From Raillietiella orientalis (lineage: Eukaryota), in the NCBI GenBank assembly GCA_036172245.1, contig JAYWIR010000017.1, forward strand, positions 2,232,001 to 2,296,000: 64,000 bases of DNA, in the 5' to 3' direction. How positions within the stretch are numbered: the stretch's first letter is position 1; each line of letters begins with the position of its first letter. The notes below the pieces were generated by a model that did no database searches, was not told the origin of the DNA, and saw nothing but the letters and a program-made list of their open reading frames with translations. Both the position numbers and the translations under genes were made by a program. Shown piece by piece: positions 51,001 to 64,000 of the stretch.

Positions 51001-54000
51001 TCGCCTCATTACAGCTTCTGGATTACTGATTGATCGTGTGAAGCTAGTTTCTGGTATTTCTGAAACACTGAATTTCTAATAATCTGTAACACAGATTAAT
51101 TTACCATTATATAATTTGTCTGCTACTGAAGCATCAATGTCACCTTCATGCAATTTTCTTTGTTTTTCCTGTTTCTTTAATTGTTTCTTTTCACGCTTGG
51201 ACAGCTTTCTCTTGAAGCTACTATCATCAAAAGAATTGGGAGGAACCTGACACAAACTAGGATATATATATACACATATGGATAATAGTAACCTTCAGTG
51301 GAAGTGGTTTGTTCTTTTCCAATCTTCTTAAAAGAAAACGACCTTCTAAATCATCTTTATGCCACTGCAGCTGAACTAATAGTGGCTTCTCATCAGGTGA
51401 CAACTGCCTCTCCTCTACAAGGCAGAAAAGTATTCTTTCGTGATCCACATTTGTTCTTTACCTTTGCTTGCATTGACTTCATACAATGCATATTCACAAC
51501 TTGATAACATTCTCATATCTGGACGGAATTTCTCAATTAGAGTTTCAATCACAGCCTGTGCTGTAGCTGTACTTGACACACGGATACATTTTGTAGCAAT
51601 TTTTTGTCCATAGTCTTGAAAGTAAAATCGCATAACACCATGGAATTCCAAGTCCTGCAATCAAAATCAAATGAAACTGAAAAAATCCAAATATTCAGGG
51701 ATCTTTTCATCTATCTATACACATGAATTAATTCTGCAAGCTACTTGAAACGATTTGTAAGATAGCATCACTAGTACACAGTGTTGATATAGAACATGAT
51801 GTAAATATAATTACAATCGGAAATGAGGTTTGACTTTATGATGAACAACATGCTTCTGTTAAGATATTCTCATAAAACCATGCTTTAAATTCTCCTTTTG
51901 TGAAAACCAACTCTAGAGAATTACAGCTCACCTCTATGTTACAATTTTTTTCTGGTCAATAACCTTGCCAAAACTTTTGAATTTAATCTGGCAAAATGTG
52001 TCACATTTCAAAAAACGGAAAACAAAGTACCATATTTACAATGATGTTGACCAAATATCCAACATTGTACTTGCTCAAAGATGTACACATCATAATACAC
52101 ATAATTAACTGTTAAAACATACATACTTCTGTTACTTGAAAATTCTCATTCAATTTCATGTCTAATTTAAAGAACTGCCTAAAGTTTATGGAACAGTAAT
52201 GAAAGCATTACTATTCCATAAACTTTAGGCACTTTTTCCCAATAGTTCCTCCAGATCTACAAAACTATATTATGTCTATAAAGATTCTTAACTTAAACAT
52301 AATTACAACAGTAATTTACCATTTTCCAAAATTGCACTTAAGAGGAAGTGTCTAATAACCATATGCCTTAATAACAATTTCCTCATTACTACAGTTATTT
52401 TCATGTATCTTCCCAAATTTCAGATTGCTGTCCATACAGCTAGAGAAAGGGAGAGAAAACATGCACTCCAGTCACACTTTCATAGAAACAGCTTTTCCTG
52501 ATTGCTACTTTAACTTCCTACTTCTTCCATATTACAATCTTTGGATTATATCCTTTGGCCTTTTCATCTATGCATCTCTTCAATGTCAACTTTAAATACA
52601 GAAGTCCACTTATTAATATACAAAGATAGAAACAAAGTATAATCAAATGGAATGCAACCCACTGCTTGTGTCTCTGAATTAATGTTTTCTCAAAGATGTA
52701 CAAACCTTCCTGTGAATGTAAGGATGTGCTAGCAGACAAGTCTGACAATTTTCTTCAGCTAAGTAAGCATTTTGATGAAATTCCCAAGTATTAAGTCCTC
52801 TTTTTGCCACAAAAGCAGTTGACTGAATATAAAAAACAAATTTGTGTAACCAAGCATGCATTCTGATACTCTTACACTGTCTACACCAAGAGGGTTTGAA
52901 CATATGAAAAAGGTTAATAGATTTGTTTCACCTTCAAAGATTCATTTCAATGTAATCATAATTGCCTTTAGATTAACAATACAATTCTGAGAAATGCACT
53001 AACAGAAAGACCATAAATGTATAAAATATTAAAACATCATACACATAAATCATTAAATGATTAAAAAAAAAAACAGTTATATATGAACAAGCATAATGGA
53101 AACACTCAGAATCCAAATCAGTTCTTCTACATAATTTGGATATAAATATGTATAAATTACGAAAATTGCATAAGGTTCTTATTTTGTTCCATGTTCTGCA
53201 ATGTTTCAGAAGCAAATAAATAACCAAGCAAAATTCATTCCTGTGTATTAAAATCACCAATACGTTAATATATCTGACTAGTAATCTCTAATAACTAAAC
53301 CATGTACACAAGCAGAAGTTTCATTGCAACATTCTGCAAAAACAACAAAATTATTTTTCAAAGCCATTTATAAATTCCAAGCTCAAGGACAATTTCCTAA
53401 TTCTGTTTCCATATATGAAAATATCAAGAAAAAAAAAATACACCTAAATCTATAAAAAGACAATTATTATGAATCAAAAACTAGTGTAGACCTTTAGAAT
53501 GATAGTTTGATTGCAGCTAATGTATCATTCAAATTCCGGGGGGGGGGGAGAGAGAAATTGAAAAACGGAAATTAAATGAAAGACTTCAAATAACAAATTT
53601 ACAAGTGTTCCTAAGAGAGATGGCTAGCACTCAAGCTATGTGGAAGATTTGTCATCAACATGCTGTCCAACCATATTAACCAAATTGTTTTCTGCGGACA
53701 TTTTTGTTTACAGCTACTTTCATAACACTCCTGTCCATCTAAGTAGAACAATTGTGCTGTTGCACTAATCTACTTTAAGCACTTGTTTGAGCTTTCCCTT
53801 GTTCTTTGTCAAGTAAAACTGGTGAATCATTGAATAAAGTATCATTTCTTAAAACAATAAGCATGTGAAACAAATCTATAATATGATAAAGTCACATCAA
53901 TATGGAAGAAATGTAATAAGTGCTACAAAAAAACTTGTTTAAGAAAACGAAAATTCACAGTAATTGTAAACATAACTTAATGACTTTTGCAGATTACATT

Positions 54001-55846
54001 GTATGTTAAAAGTTAACTTAATGTCCATATATACATCATAAAATTTTTCATGATTCTTGTCATAATAATTAAAGCTCCAAACATCTTGAAGCTATGGGAT
54101 ATCTTTTTTTCTTTTTACATCATAGCTCCTCATTTTGGGGAGAGTTCCCTCATGATAACTACTCTTTGGTGTAGTTTTTTGTAAGACAGAATTATCCGCC
54201 ATGTAGAAAAGCAGAAAAAGTAATTAAATGTGTTGTCAAAATCAATCAAATCAAAAAATCAGAAACTCATTCATGATCAATAAGCTCATTGAAGACATTT
54301 GCAAAATCTGTCCAAATCTTTGTTAAATTAATAATTATTCATTATCCCTTTATCCTTATTGAAGAAATCTTAAAGAAAACTAATAAAGGAAAAAAAAAGA
54401 TGATTTTCCAAATGTACTTCCGATATATGTTTTGGACTTGGGCTTATTAATGTTGAAAATATTATAAAACATGATTTTTTTTGCCTTGAATTTTTTTTGA
54501 TGTATTACCATATATCAAAAAATGTTTTATATCAAATTGGTTGCTTTAAGACATGCTTGTGTTCTATTACAATCACATTCTTAGACCATACCTAGACATT
54601 TTCAGATTCTATGCATCATTCTTTCTGGACAACTTACACATCACATATACAATTCATCAATTTATAATCATTTTACTGCTGTCACTTCATCCATAATTTT
54701 GCAATTTCAAGTGGCTTGCACCATATAAGAAACAGTTTGAAATTCACAGGGCGAATCACTAATTTTTGAAGCTTCCTCCCTTGGGCAAATTTTCTTCATG
54801 CTTTCAACATTTAGTTTCAATGTAATTTTTTGAAATTTTCGTTTTGATAATCATGTTTACACGAATTTCAGTAAGGAGTGATAAGAGCAATATACTTTCA
54901 AATTCAACCTACTGAATAAACCTTGCTTTTTATGCAAGGTGGATAGAAATACTTGTACTGCACTTGAGTAAGTCTTTTGTTGCATTGCAATTTGTCTATT
55001 TCCAATCATTTTTATGCACTCATTTTCAAAGACAATTTGTTTATTAGAGATCAAAAAAATTGGTTATTGGAAATTGCCTATAACCTTTAAGTGATTAAAA
55101 GAATTTGAAATACGTGCTATTTAATTAATGGAATCCATTATGACTTTTAATCATTTTATTTTGTATCAGTGCATGCTTTTCTGTAAGACAAAAAAATGTA
55201 GCTTTTTCCTTAGAGAATGTGTGCTAATCATGAATGTTACAGTGAAACAAAAATGAGCAAGTTATTGTGTACTACTGCAATGGATACCATGAATTCGACC
55301 CAAGGCCCTGCATAATTATGTGCTACATTATTTACTAATGCAAGCCTTAATTACTGTTTGCTCTCCAATAATCTGCTTCACACATACATATCATGTTGAA
55401 ATGGTTAAAGTCTGACTTCAAGATGCAATAGATTACAGAATAATTCTACTGGATTTCCCTAAATTGAAGTATGACTAAAACACTATCGATACTTAAATAC
55501 TCGAAAATTATGAAATAGTGAATAGATCCTTCCATTAATATTAATATTCAAATTAACACCCTATGAAGACCAACTGTCTGTAAATCTCTTTAACAGTAGA
55601 CACAAAACCACTTGGGGTAAAGTATTTGTAATAAAAAATTGGGAAACATGACCAAAGACACAAACAATATGATGCGACATAAACCTTTAATAGTAGAGCT
55701 TTGTTATAAATACTACTCTGAAATTAAAAATATCTACTTACGGCATTGGGTTCTGAAAGGGCAAACAAATCAAGTCGATTTGCATTCCATTGATTGATCA
55801 GCATTTTCAAACTTTCAAGATCGTGATGTTTGCTTCTACTTGTCAT
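45055..55846 (-). CDS. cno: Afadin / Canoe (AF-6) adherens-junction scaffold, complete, about 1661 aa
   Basis: Exons (minus): 55846-55742, 51654-51462, 51414-51293, 51246-51105, 51059-50776, 50736-50463, 50405-50167, 50118-50021, 49977-49596, 49552-49187, 49140-48586, 48542-48414, 48367-48302, 48236-48163, 47356-47226, 47172-47044, 46996-46888, 46838-46437, 46393-46324, 46280-45477, 45432-45320, 45253-45055 (sum 4986 nt, in frame). Diagnostic motifs: WNANRLDLF..SEP-DLEFHGVMRFYFQD (RA1), GGTLKIYGEAL..DVPYKTLLLS (RA2), FHA, DIL (AFWMAN, LTIQLFSQLFHFIN, CFKLNSLQL), PDZ (GMGLSIVAA..LGIYIKSVVKGGA.D.DGRL..GDQLL), and C-terminal PWEREEKE, PPERSSSF, TPGVIGTQEVY, PEKLTFREKMKMF. A few junctions are uncertain. 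Confidence 0.95.
47226..48480 (-). other. PDZ domain of afadin, split over four exons
   Basis: EVMTIQFKKSGGGMGLSIVAAR|GIGQTKLGIYIKSVVKGGASDL|DGRLQSGDQLLSVDGASLQGITQE|QAAEILMNTGNLVTLEVAKQGAIFHGLGTLLSQPSP. Confidence 0.9.
52176..52231. repeat. 26-bp inverted repeat in afadin intron
   Basis: TGCCTAAAGTTTATGGAACAGTAATG-aaag-CATTACTATTCCATAAACTTTAGGCA, one mismatch. Confidence 0.9.
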
Positions 55847-56193
55847 CTTAACAGTTGCTTACAAAAATAGATATATATAAAAATACTATGTAACTTTATC
55901 AATGATAACTCTGAAAAGCACATGAACAAAACAATTGTGACTGCTTCAAGTTGTCATCATACCACATCAATTCAACACGCTTCGTTACATAAAGCAGCCA
56001 AAGTACTAACACTTAAAGGGCAACCCAAATCATTTTGTCGAGTTTTTTTTTTTTTTTTTCATCACATCACAACAGATAAAAAGGTTTACATTTTGAATAA
56101 TCGGGGAAGTAATTCGCAACATCTTGCCATTTTACTCTTAAGTTCACACGACCAACTTCCTTACAATTTGATTGAACAGTACTTTGGCAACAA

Positions 56194-56400
56194 ACTTACA
56201 TATTTATGAGGTTTACTTTTGCAAAACTGGAAAAAATACGTTATTTTCAACGAAACGAAATCTTTTTACTACTCCAGCCTGTTCCCACATATAATAATTT
56301 ACACATTTCGAACGTTTCAATCGGAACTTTTTGTTTCAAACTCCCATTTACTTGGATTGAACGCAACTTCACCACCAAAATCTGTTTCCTTTCAAACATT
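56194..56400 (-). other. Possible non-coding 5' UTR exon of afadin
   Basis: Perfect donor GTAAGT at 56199-56194, about 350 nt upstream of the ATG exon, where CpGs reappear. The upstream end is a guess. Confidence 0.3.
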
Positions 56401-59400
56401 AGGATTATCGAAGGTTCAGAGTGCAGATAACATTTGAAGCGTATTTACATTTTTTTTTATGCTTGAAACGACAAACACAACAGATTTGCACGGTTGCATG
56501 ATTGGAAACAAAATGAAATGCTGCGACTTTGTTTTTCTACTACAAGTTTCCAAACAAATGTTTTAAGCTCCGTTACGATTTTCATCTGATTTGCTTCAAT
56601 TTTTGTCATTTCAAATAATTGCTAATTCGCCTTAAATACTTTACGCCTCTCTCGGTAAGGCTGCACAGGAAAACGAAGATGCCAAATGCCGAGCAGATAA
56701 ATGCACTTCGTCCCATCCTGACGTTTCGTGTTTTGAAGGATGAAAATTTCTGTGCACTGTAATCATACTGACTTGTGTTGACACTCACTGATTAAAAAGG
56801 GGACGCTGGAAATCTCGTTTGATCCACTGGTTCGGAAAGTTTTGCTTTTGTTTTTCCAAGAGACGAAAATCAAATGATCAGTGCATGCCTTTCCATCTCT
56901 CCATTCTTCATAAATGCAAGGAAAAGTGAGTTTTTTAGGAAAAAAATAGGAAATAGGAAATAGGAAAAAAAAAAAAGCTGAACGAATGCTGAAGAAAAAT
57001 GGCAGTTTCGGGTTCTCATGTTTTTAAATTCGGATTCTTGATAACTTTCTTTTCTCCCGCATTTTAAATGCATTTTCATTTTTAAATGCTTCCTCTTCCA
57101 TTTTGTAGGAACACGGAAACGGCAACGGAAATTTCCAAGCAGTCGTCGACGTATTTCTCTCATCCCTGGAAACTTGCTCCGATTCATTAGGGTTTGTTTT
57201 CATCTTTCAGCTCTCCAGATACAGACTCCTATTTCTTCCGTGTTTGTCCACCCACGGCCCCTCTGCTTCCAGCTGGAACTTGGTGTTGGGAACAAAGTCA
57301 AGATTTCAGGACAAACAAATATCTGTGTAAAGCTCATTACGCACATTCCAAAGTTTGAAATACAAAAAAAAAAACAAATATGGACATACATGCACCTATT
57401 TTTTCATTTTTTCGAGATGGGCTCTTTTCATCTTATTTCTTCTCATACGTGTATCCATTCGGGTATCTCATTTTGTGTACACCATGCAGCTTGCCTGCAA
57501 CTTGTTAAGTAAACTGACTCTCTTTGACCGATTTATTTCCTTCATTTCACAGACAAATGCATTTCATTTGCTTTGCTCATTTTTGTATCGTCTTTAAATA
57601 GAAAATAGACGTTTTTTTGAATACAAAGTAGTTCGATCAAAATTCATCTAATTCATTTAGAAATCATGCAAGTAATTTTGAATACATTTCTTATTGATCG
57701 CTAACTATATAGTTAATCCTGCTCAGTGTACGTGCCGTGGGGCAAACAGTGAACTTCTTTGTGAAAAATAGCCATCAGGTATCCTTCAAAGTTTTGGGGT
57801 CTCAAAACGTGGACTCGTAGTGTATAATATATGCATAATATTTCTAAAAATTGGTATTTTCCTTGAAATCTCGATGTGTCTTACAATCTGCAAAATGATA
57901 CACATATGTAGTATGTACGTATGCATCCGTACATACGTACATGTATATGTACGTGAGAACTTCCTGAGACTATCTGCACATGTAGCATACAAGTGAGACA
58001 GACTATGCACGGATCATGTTTCCATAATTACAAAGAATTAATTTGGAAATTGGGCAAAATAGATAGAAAGTTGAAGTAAAAAAAAAATGGAAAAGCCAAT
58101 TGTTTAAAAGAAATTATTAAAATTTAGAAATATCACGTGGATGTGTTTTTTTCTTTGTTTTCTCTTTATTGCCTTGAAAATGAAAATGCTTTCCTCCTTT
58201 CTTTTCCTTTTAAGAAGGAATAGATATTTCAGATATGATATTTCAGGTTTCATAGAGAAGTGGCAAGCTTAAATAAATTTCCCTTAAAAGGAACGCATTT
58301 CATCGAAAAGCAGACGTTCACATGAACTTATTTCGGTTGCCATCCAAGCAGCCGCGTCACCCTAGGAAATTTCTGGAAGTGTCATTTAACGTTTTTAAAT
58401 TCCATGTACGAAATTTTTCATCATGATCTTCCCAAGTAGCAGAGGCAATTTTCAGCAATTGCTTTGAGAGTCCTTTCTCCTGAGGTGTTCCACTTAAGAA
58501 GTATCTTATATGACCTCACATAACCTTTCTCTTGCTGTTGAAGGAAATCGTCTTCATTTGTAAACCTTCAATCGATGTCGCCTTCGCACACGCCTTCTGG
58601 AAACACCATTTCTGTGCACACTGTGTAACTCGTTTTCAACTTCTTTGAAGACAGTTGCAGGGCAGCAATTATGCCAGCCACAGATCTTGTTACGTCTGAA
58701 TGATCCGATGTGTTTTAATCACTCTTAATTGGTTGTTTCCTTCGAGGGAATGCAAAATAGTTCTCTAAAAGTCGGAGATGCTTGCGCATAAGTTATTTTG
58801 GTTGGTGTAATTACCAAAATGGAGTATTTCTATGTAGATCCCTCGTTAGGACTAATTGCATCTTGGTTTCTTTGCATGTATAACAGGAAACTAGAAAGAT
58901 CTCAAGGTCTGAGGAAGATTAGGTGAGCTCTGAAGCGTGTATCATGAAACTTGAGGAAGTCATCAAGATCGATAATATGCGTATGCATGAATTTTTCACC
59001 CCGTCCTATAAAATGTTTTACTGCAATCGAATAATCAATATTACTGTATCATAAAAAAAGGAAAAGAAATCTGTACAAATAATGAAGATTTGGGCGGCTA
59101 AGAAGATGCTATCGAATAGTCAGTCCTAGAAATACGTAGTTCATCTGTCTATTCGTCTTAGGTCCTCATGATCATCTTAATGAAACCAATTGACGAAAAG
59201 ATGATCGGTCCGCAATGTGGGATTGAGGAACAAATGTTGGATGGACGAAAGCATTCGAAACATCCATGTTCATTACGAGTTCATTTTTAATGAAGATAAA
59301 TACTGGATTAGGGAACAAATACTGTGTGGACATCATTTCCAATCTTTCAAATGTACTGCGGCACATTTCTTGAGACGTGTTCATGGTATGAACCTGGAAG

Positions 59401-60214
59401 CAAAGATCTCTCTACCTCTTTGCATCTCCCCTGGAAATTTAAAACAGATCTTTCGACGAAGATTCGAATTTTGCAAAGATTGGTTTCAAAGAACAGAAAC
59501 GAAGTCTATAATCTCCTCTGACTGCTATCAAGGGAGCTTATTAAGCTCGTTGTTACACATGTAGTAGAAAGAAACATCTCTACATGAAAATCATAGGGTT
59601 CTAGTTACAAAAATATTTTTGAGAATACCATGGATACGTGCAGGTGAATGATCTAATCGTAAACAAAGATCAGTCAACATTGTGACTACGTGGTTAGTTA
59701 CTGGTACTTCTGCATATACAAACCAAAACGTGACAGCTCGTCGTTCACAGCGTTCGTTGTCCAGCTCATCTAGCGAATGACCAAGAAATTTTATAGTGGA
59801 CTTTTGAATATCCAACATCCATTTCTGATCCTGTCGAGTTTTGCGAACGGTTACTCTGGATGCTAAACGCTGCTTTGCATTTCCGGATAAGCTTCTTCAC
59901 CCTTTAGTTTTCACAAGTTTGTAAATTTCGCATTGACCTTGTTTCCATCAAGCTTTCAGTCTTATTACTTTTCCCTTCGGACGTCATCTCGAGAAGCAAA
60001 AGTAAGAGGGACAGAAAGCAGCTGGCCTGTCTCTGGGAACAACGCAAACGAAGTGTCTTGCCAAACGGAAACACTCAAATCAGCGATTTAGACAAGGAAA
60101 GCAAGTAAGGAAACTGCTTAAAAAAAGCACATTTTTCTTCCCTAAGAGAAAACTAAATGATTTCAAAAGAACTCAAGAACAGGAAGAAGCTTGCTGATAA
60201 GGTATCCGTAATAA

Positions 60215-60262
60215 ATGATTAGTATTACTTTGGTTTTCCCAAACGAAAGTAATACTAATCAT
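60215..60262. repeat. 17-bp perfect inverted repeat, intergenic
   Basis: ATGATTAGTATTACTTT-ggttttcccaaacg-AAAGTAATACTAATCAT, with an extra GTTT/AAAC pairing inside. Confidence 0.85.
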
Positions 60263-63200
60263 CATTGTTGTTCCATCAGTCCACTTTAGAATTCAGTAGA
60301 GTTTATTCCAGCATGAGTGCTAATCTGCGTCTTTTATGAAGAAGTATGCATTCCAGAAACGTGGCTGCAGAGATGTAAGCAAACAATTCCTTTCAACTAA
60401 GTTTGTTTCAGCAGTTCCGACTAGAGATATGTACGTCGAAGATCACCACTATGTACTGAATTCTGTGCGAATCCGTCGAATGCATCTGAGTTGTACACAC
60501 TTTGATGTGTGAAGACGGTATCTGAAGATTTCCCTTCAATGATCCTTTACAAGATCGTCGTACAAATTAAATCTATTCCAAACTCAAGGGTGTGAGCTAT
60601 TGTGCCCATGCTGCTGCTGCCATGGAAATGCATCCGCTAATAAACTGCGTGTGTCTCTCGTGTCTGATGCAAGCCAAGGCTTTGCATGTATCAGATAATT
60701 AGCTCATTCTCTTTGATCACTGTGATTTGCGAACTTTTATTCAAAAAGTCAGTCTCAAAAAAAAAAAAAAAAAAAAGAAGCGCTGCAATCATCAGTTCCA
60801 CAGTAGCAGCACGCATGAACAGCTTTCATTCATAATTTGCATTCCATTACGGGATTGAGTCTAGCGTACACACTTTTTCGAGAAAGCTCTTCCTACTTAG
60901 GTAGCAGCGGAATGTCAAGATGACGGGAAACATGCACTGTCACTGTGGAGATGGTTTCTTCGGTGTTGCAATATGATCATGGCGTGGCTGCTCTCGGTAT
61001 TTTCCGGACCACGCATGTTTCCAATTGTCATTTCGGCCCTTTTTTTTTAAGAAAAAATAATATAAAATGCAGATTCCCCTTCGTGTCACCTCTGCTTGCG
61101 ATTTAATGCAGATGTTAATTAAAACGCAATAAAAATCTCTATGATGGAAACCGTGTTCATGAGATGTGGACTTGTGTTCTACGTACAGAATCATCGTTGT
61201 GTTAAAATGTAGTAAAATTTCGGAAAGACACTGACTGGTGTCGTCGATAAAGATGCATTTTCGCATGTATATCATGAGTCATGCCAAATACGTTCTTGTG
61301 ACAGTAATGACACGTGGAAAGAGATGAAGGTAAACCTTTTGCTAATTCGAACCGTGCTGACAAGACGTTGAGCGGCTTTGTTCCTCGGTATACTCAATCT
61401 TCCTCCAATACAATTCCAAAAAAACCATGAAAGCATTTTGGATGCTTGTGCACTCAAGGGAGTCCCATGCAATCTCGGTGAAGCATTCACGGATGTAACA
61501 CATTGTATTTGAATCGATTACCATATCAGAAACACAGCTAGGAAAGGATGCGAAGATGGGGGGTGATGGGCTCTTTGCCGTTAGGGTGCTCTGAAAAGAC
61601 TTCCTGAACTATCTTGCCTATCACATTGGTGATATGCTGGACCAGCAGCAGATCTTTGTGACTGGCATTCCAACATGACTTTTCTTTATTTACGCCCCTC
61701 TGCCTATTCCTGTAACAAAAGATCATTGTTCGAAGTAATTGTGCCCGTCTGAATTCCTTGCTCGTGTGGCTCGTGTGGGCAAGTGGGATACAGTAAACGT
61801 GTCTGAGAGAGGAGCACACTTGTCTCCGATGCTGCAGGCCGAGGAGACGTCTCAGGGCGAACTGAATTTGCCGAGCGGAACTTTTAGCATAAAAGTGATG
61901 ATTCAGTACGGTGGACTTTTGAGTTCTTGCAATCAGAATTCGGGACGCTGTGTGCGATCTACGATGTGTACAAATGCAGAGATGTTTACGTTCAGCGATG
62001 CTCGAGGTCAAACAACGACCGTGTGAACTGTCCGTTATCCGGATTCCACTACGGTCTACAAGTTCGTTGACCAAGGAAGCTGGGGAGATCATCTCTCCTT
62101 TCTCGTATACTTGTCATCCGTCATCTTGATCATTTGACACCATTTTTTCCCCTCTCTGTTCTCGACGTTTCTTTGGCTGTTCAAATTTTGCATCATCCAA
62201 ACCAGTCTCCGTTCCGATTCGCTTAATCGAGGCTTCTACAAGAGTCTCATGTTTCACGCCTCATACAATGGAATGCAGATGGAAAGTGCTTGTCTAGCCC
62301 TCCACATTTTTCAGTGGAATTGCCAGTCAAAAAACTGCTCCCGGGGTCCCCAGAAGGGGTAACTGATGTGAAAAGACGAAACGAACTGACTAAAGCGCGA
62401 CCACTTAGTGGATGAAACCGAAAGCACTTTAGTCATTGAGACGCTTTTTTTTCTGAAGTTATTTTTTGCCACATTATGCTGGACCTATAGGTGGACTTTT
62501 TAAATGATTTGTTGATACTCTGGACGCAGTGGAAGGAACACGCAACTCTATGAGACCCGGGTGAAATCGCACAAGAGCGATTATAGACTCTCTAATTGGC
62601 CCAAATGGTGCATTTTATTCGTTTGCACGCTTTCGTGAACTAGAAAATGTCCCGAGATTGTGACCCGAGAAAAGTAAAGATGCCTTATGAATGATCATTC
62701 AACAGATGTGCATTCCAGCTCTTCATCTCCTAATAAACACGCAAAGCACGTGTAACTACACTTCTTCGTGTGGGAACTGTCTCAAAGATGGCTTTGTGAA
62801 AATGTAGGTAAAGTGAGGAGACTTACTGATTCACATACGAAAGCACCCATTTGTAAAAGTGTCACTCCAGGTGATTCTTAGGTCCAATATGTGTGCTAGA
62901 TTATGTTTTCTGTGTAGTTGGTTTCCATGTTCTGAAGCATTGAGAATTCCAAAGTCGGGAACCCGAGAAGAGCGCTCACTACTTTTTGTAAGGTGTAACC
63001 AAACATCTGGCATAGAGCCTACAAAGCAAGGTGTTTTTTTACTATCTCAAGCCTAAGACGAAAAAAAAAAAAAAAAAAAGAAGAAAAATACACGTCATTT
63101 CCGGTAAATGCTCTCTTTTTGGACAGATGAATTGCAAAGGTAAAATACGACCCTCTTTGCCTGGGTTTCATACCCTACAGAAACGCACGCAGCTCTCCCG

Positions 63201-64000
63201 GTGGGGATACAGATGGGAGCTCGAATTGTGCGTACTTTGCAGGTATTTTGACATGGCATGTCGCTATCGCTAGCACGAGATATCTGATATCAGTACGACA
63301 TCGGATACAGCGGCTGAGGATTCCATTGGAGTGCCAGCAACGTAAACGCGCCTCTTTCACTTTGCATATCCGGCAGTGTGCAAATTTCCATTCAGTGAAT
63401 GCCGTAGCCGAAAGCGTTTGTGAACGAATATGTCATAATCACACGCGAATCGAGACTTTCTTCCGGGCTGCTTGGCACTGCTGCAAGTTGTGGCGGTTGG
63501 TATTTTCAGTAACAAAAAATTTTAAATTTAAATTTTAAGTTTAAATTCCACTGGCATTCTGACGTGTGTTTCTAGCGCCGAAAGGAAAATGGAATTGGCT
63601 CATCTTTTGCACATTTCTCTCGAACTGATAAGCAAATGGTTGTAAATACACGATGGGTTCATCAAATCTGTTGAAAAACCAGAAACGGAAGTTGACAGCA
63701 GCAGCATGTGTCACATGCACGAAAGTACGCATGCAATCGGAGAATGTGCTTCAGAACCACTCCAACCTTTTCAGTTCAGTTTTCTAAGAGGTCGAGGCGC
63801 TTTCTTCTTCTTCTTGCTTTTTTTTTTTTCTCTCCTGCTTTCGCGGATGAGGAAACTGACCACTGGAGCAGAAAAGGCATTGCGTCTTCAAAAGACTTCA
63901 AGCAGAATCAGCAAAACGAACACCCGAAATGCATTTGCGGAGATCCAAAGTCCCAAAGTCGACTCCGCGCGGAACTCGGCTCGCCTCACTCAAAGTGGGA

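Noticed and set aside
55484..55491. DRE motif TATCGATA
   Set aside because: It lies inside an afadin intron downstream of the ATG rather than at the promoter; single occurrence.
59591..59818. KSTIKFLGH resembling an LTR reverse transcriptase motif
   Set aside because: Single short motif with no other RT context.
62360..62390. CTGATGT...CGAAAC hammerhead-like spacing
   Set aside because: The core deviates from CUGANGA, and flanking stems are absent.
57400..64000. Short ORFs in the right-hand region
   Set aside because: No recognisable domains or consistent exon chain; treated as intergenic.
1..64000. Prokaryotic systems (CRISPR arrays, operons, defence islands)
   Set aside because: The sequence is spliceosomal-intron-rich eukaryotic DNA, and no repeat-spacer arrays were seen.

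Overview
Eukaryotic genomic DNA, most likely from an arthropod, judging by the proteins. It holds two spliced protein-coding genes, both on the minus strand. (1) A complete afadin/canoe gene: 22 coding exons, 55846->45055, about 1661 aa, with RA-RA-FHA-DIL-PDZ domains and a C-terminal region. Most of its introns are ultra-short (39-57 nt) and its gene body is strongly CpG-depleted. (2) A secretory-pathway protein made of tandem thioredoxin-like domains, resembling Drosophila hulk/l(2)01289. It starts at 40492 and runs off the left edge: 27 exons and 13 repeats in the window, every intron phase 1, with two GC-AG introns and three AAG acceptors. Its introns carry three diverged copies of a 0.7-1 kb element on the + strand. 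The element has a tRNA-like head, an internal array of UUCG-type hairpins, compensatory stem changes between copies and an A-rich 3' region. This is the most novel-looking feature. Also present are several perfect inverted repeats and consensus MEF2 sites in GC-rich islands. I could not support any gene in 57.4-64 kb.
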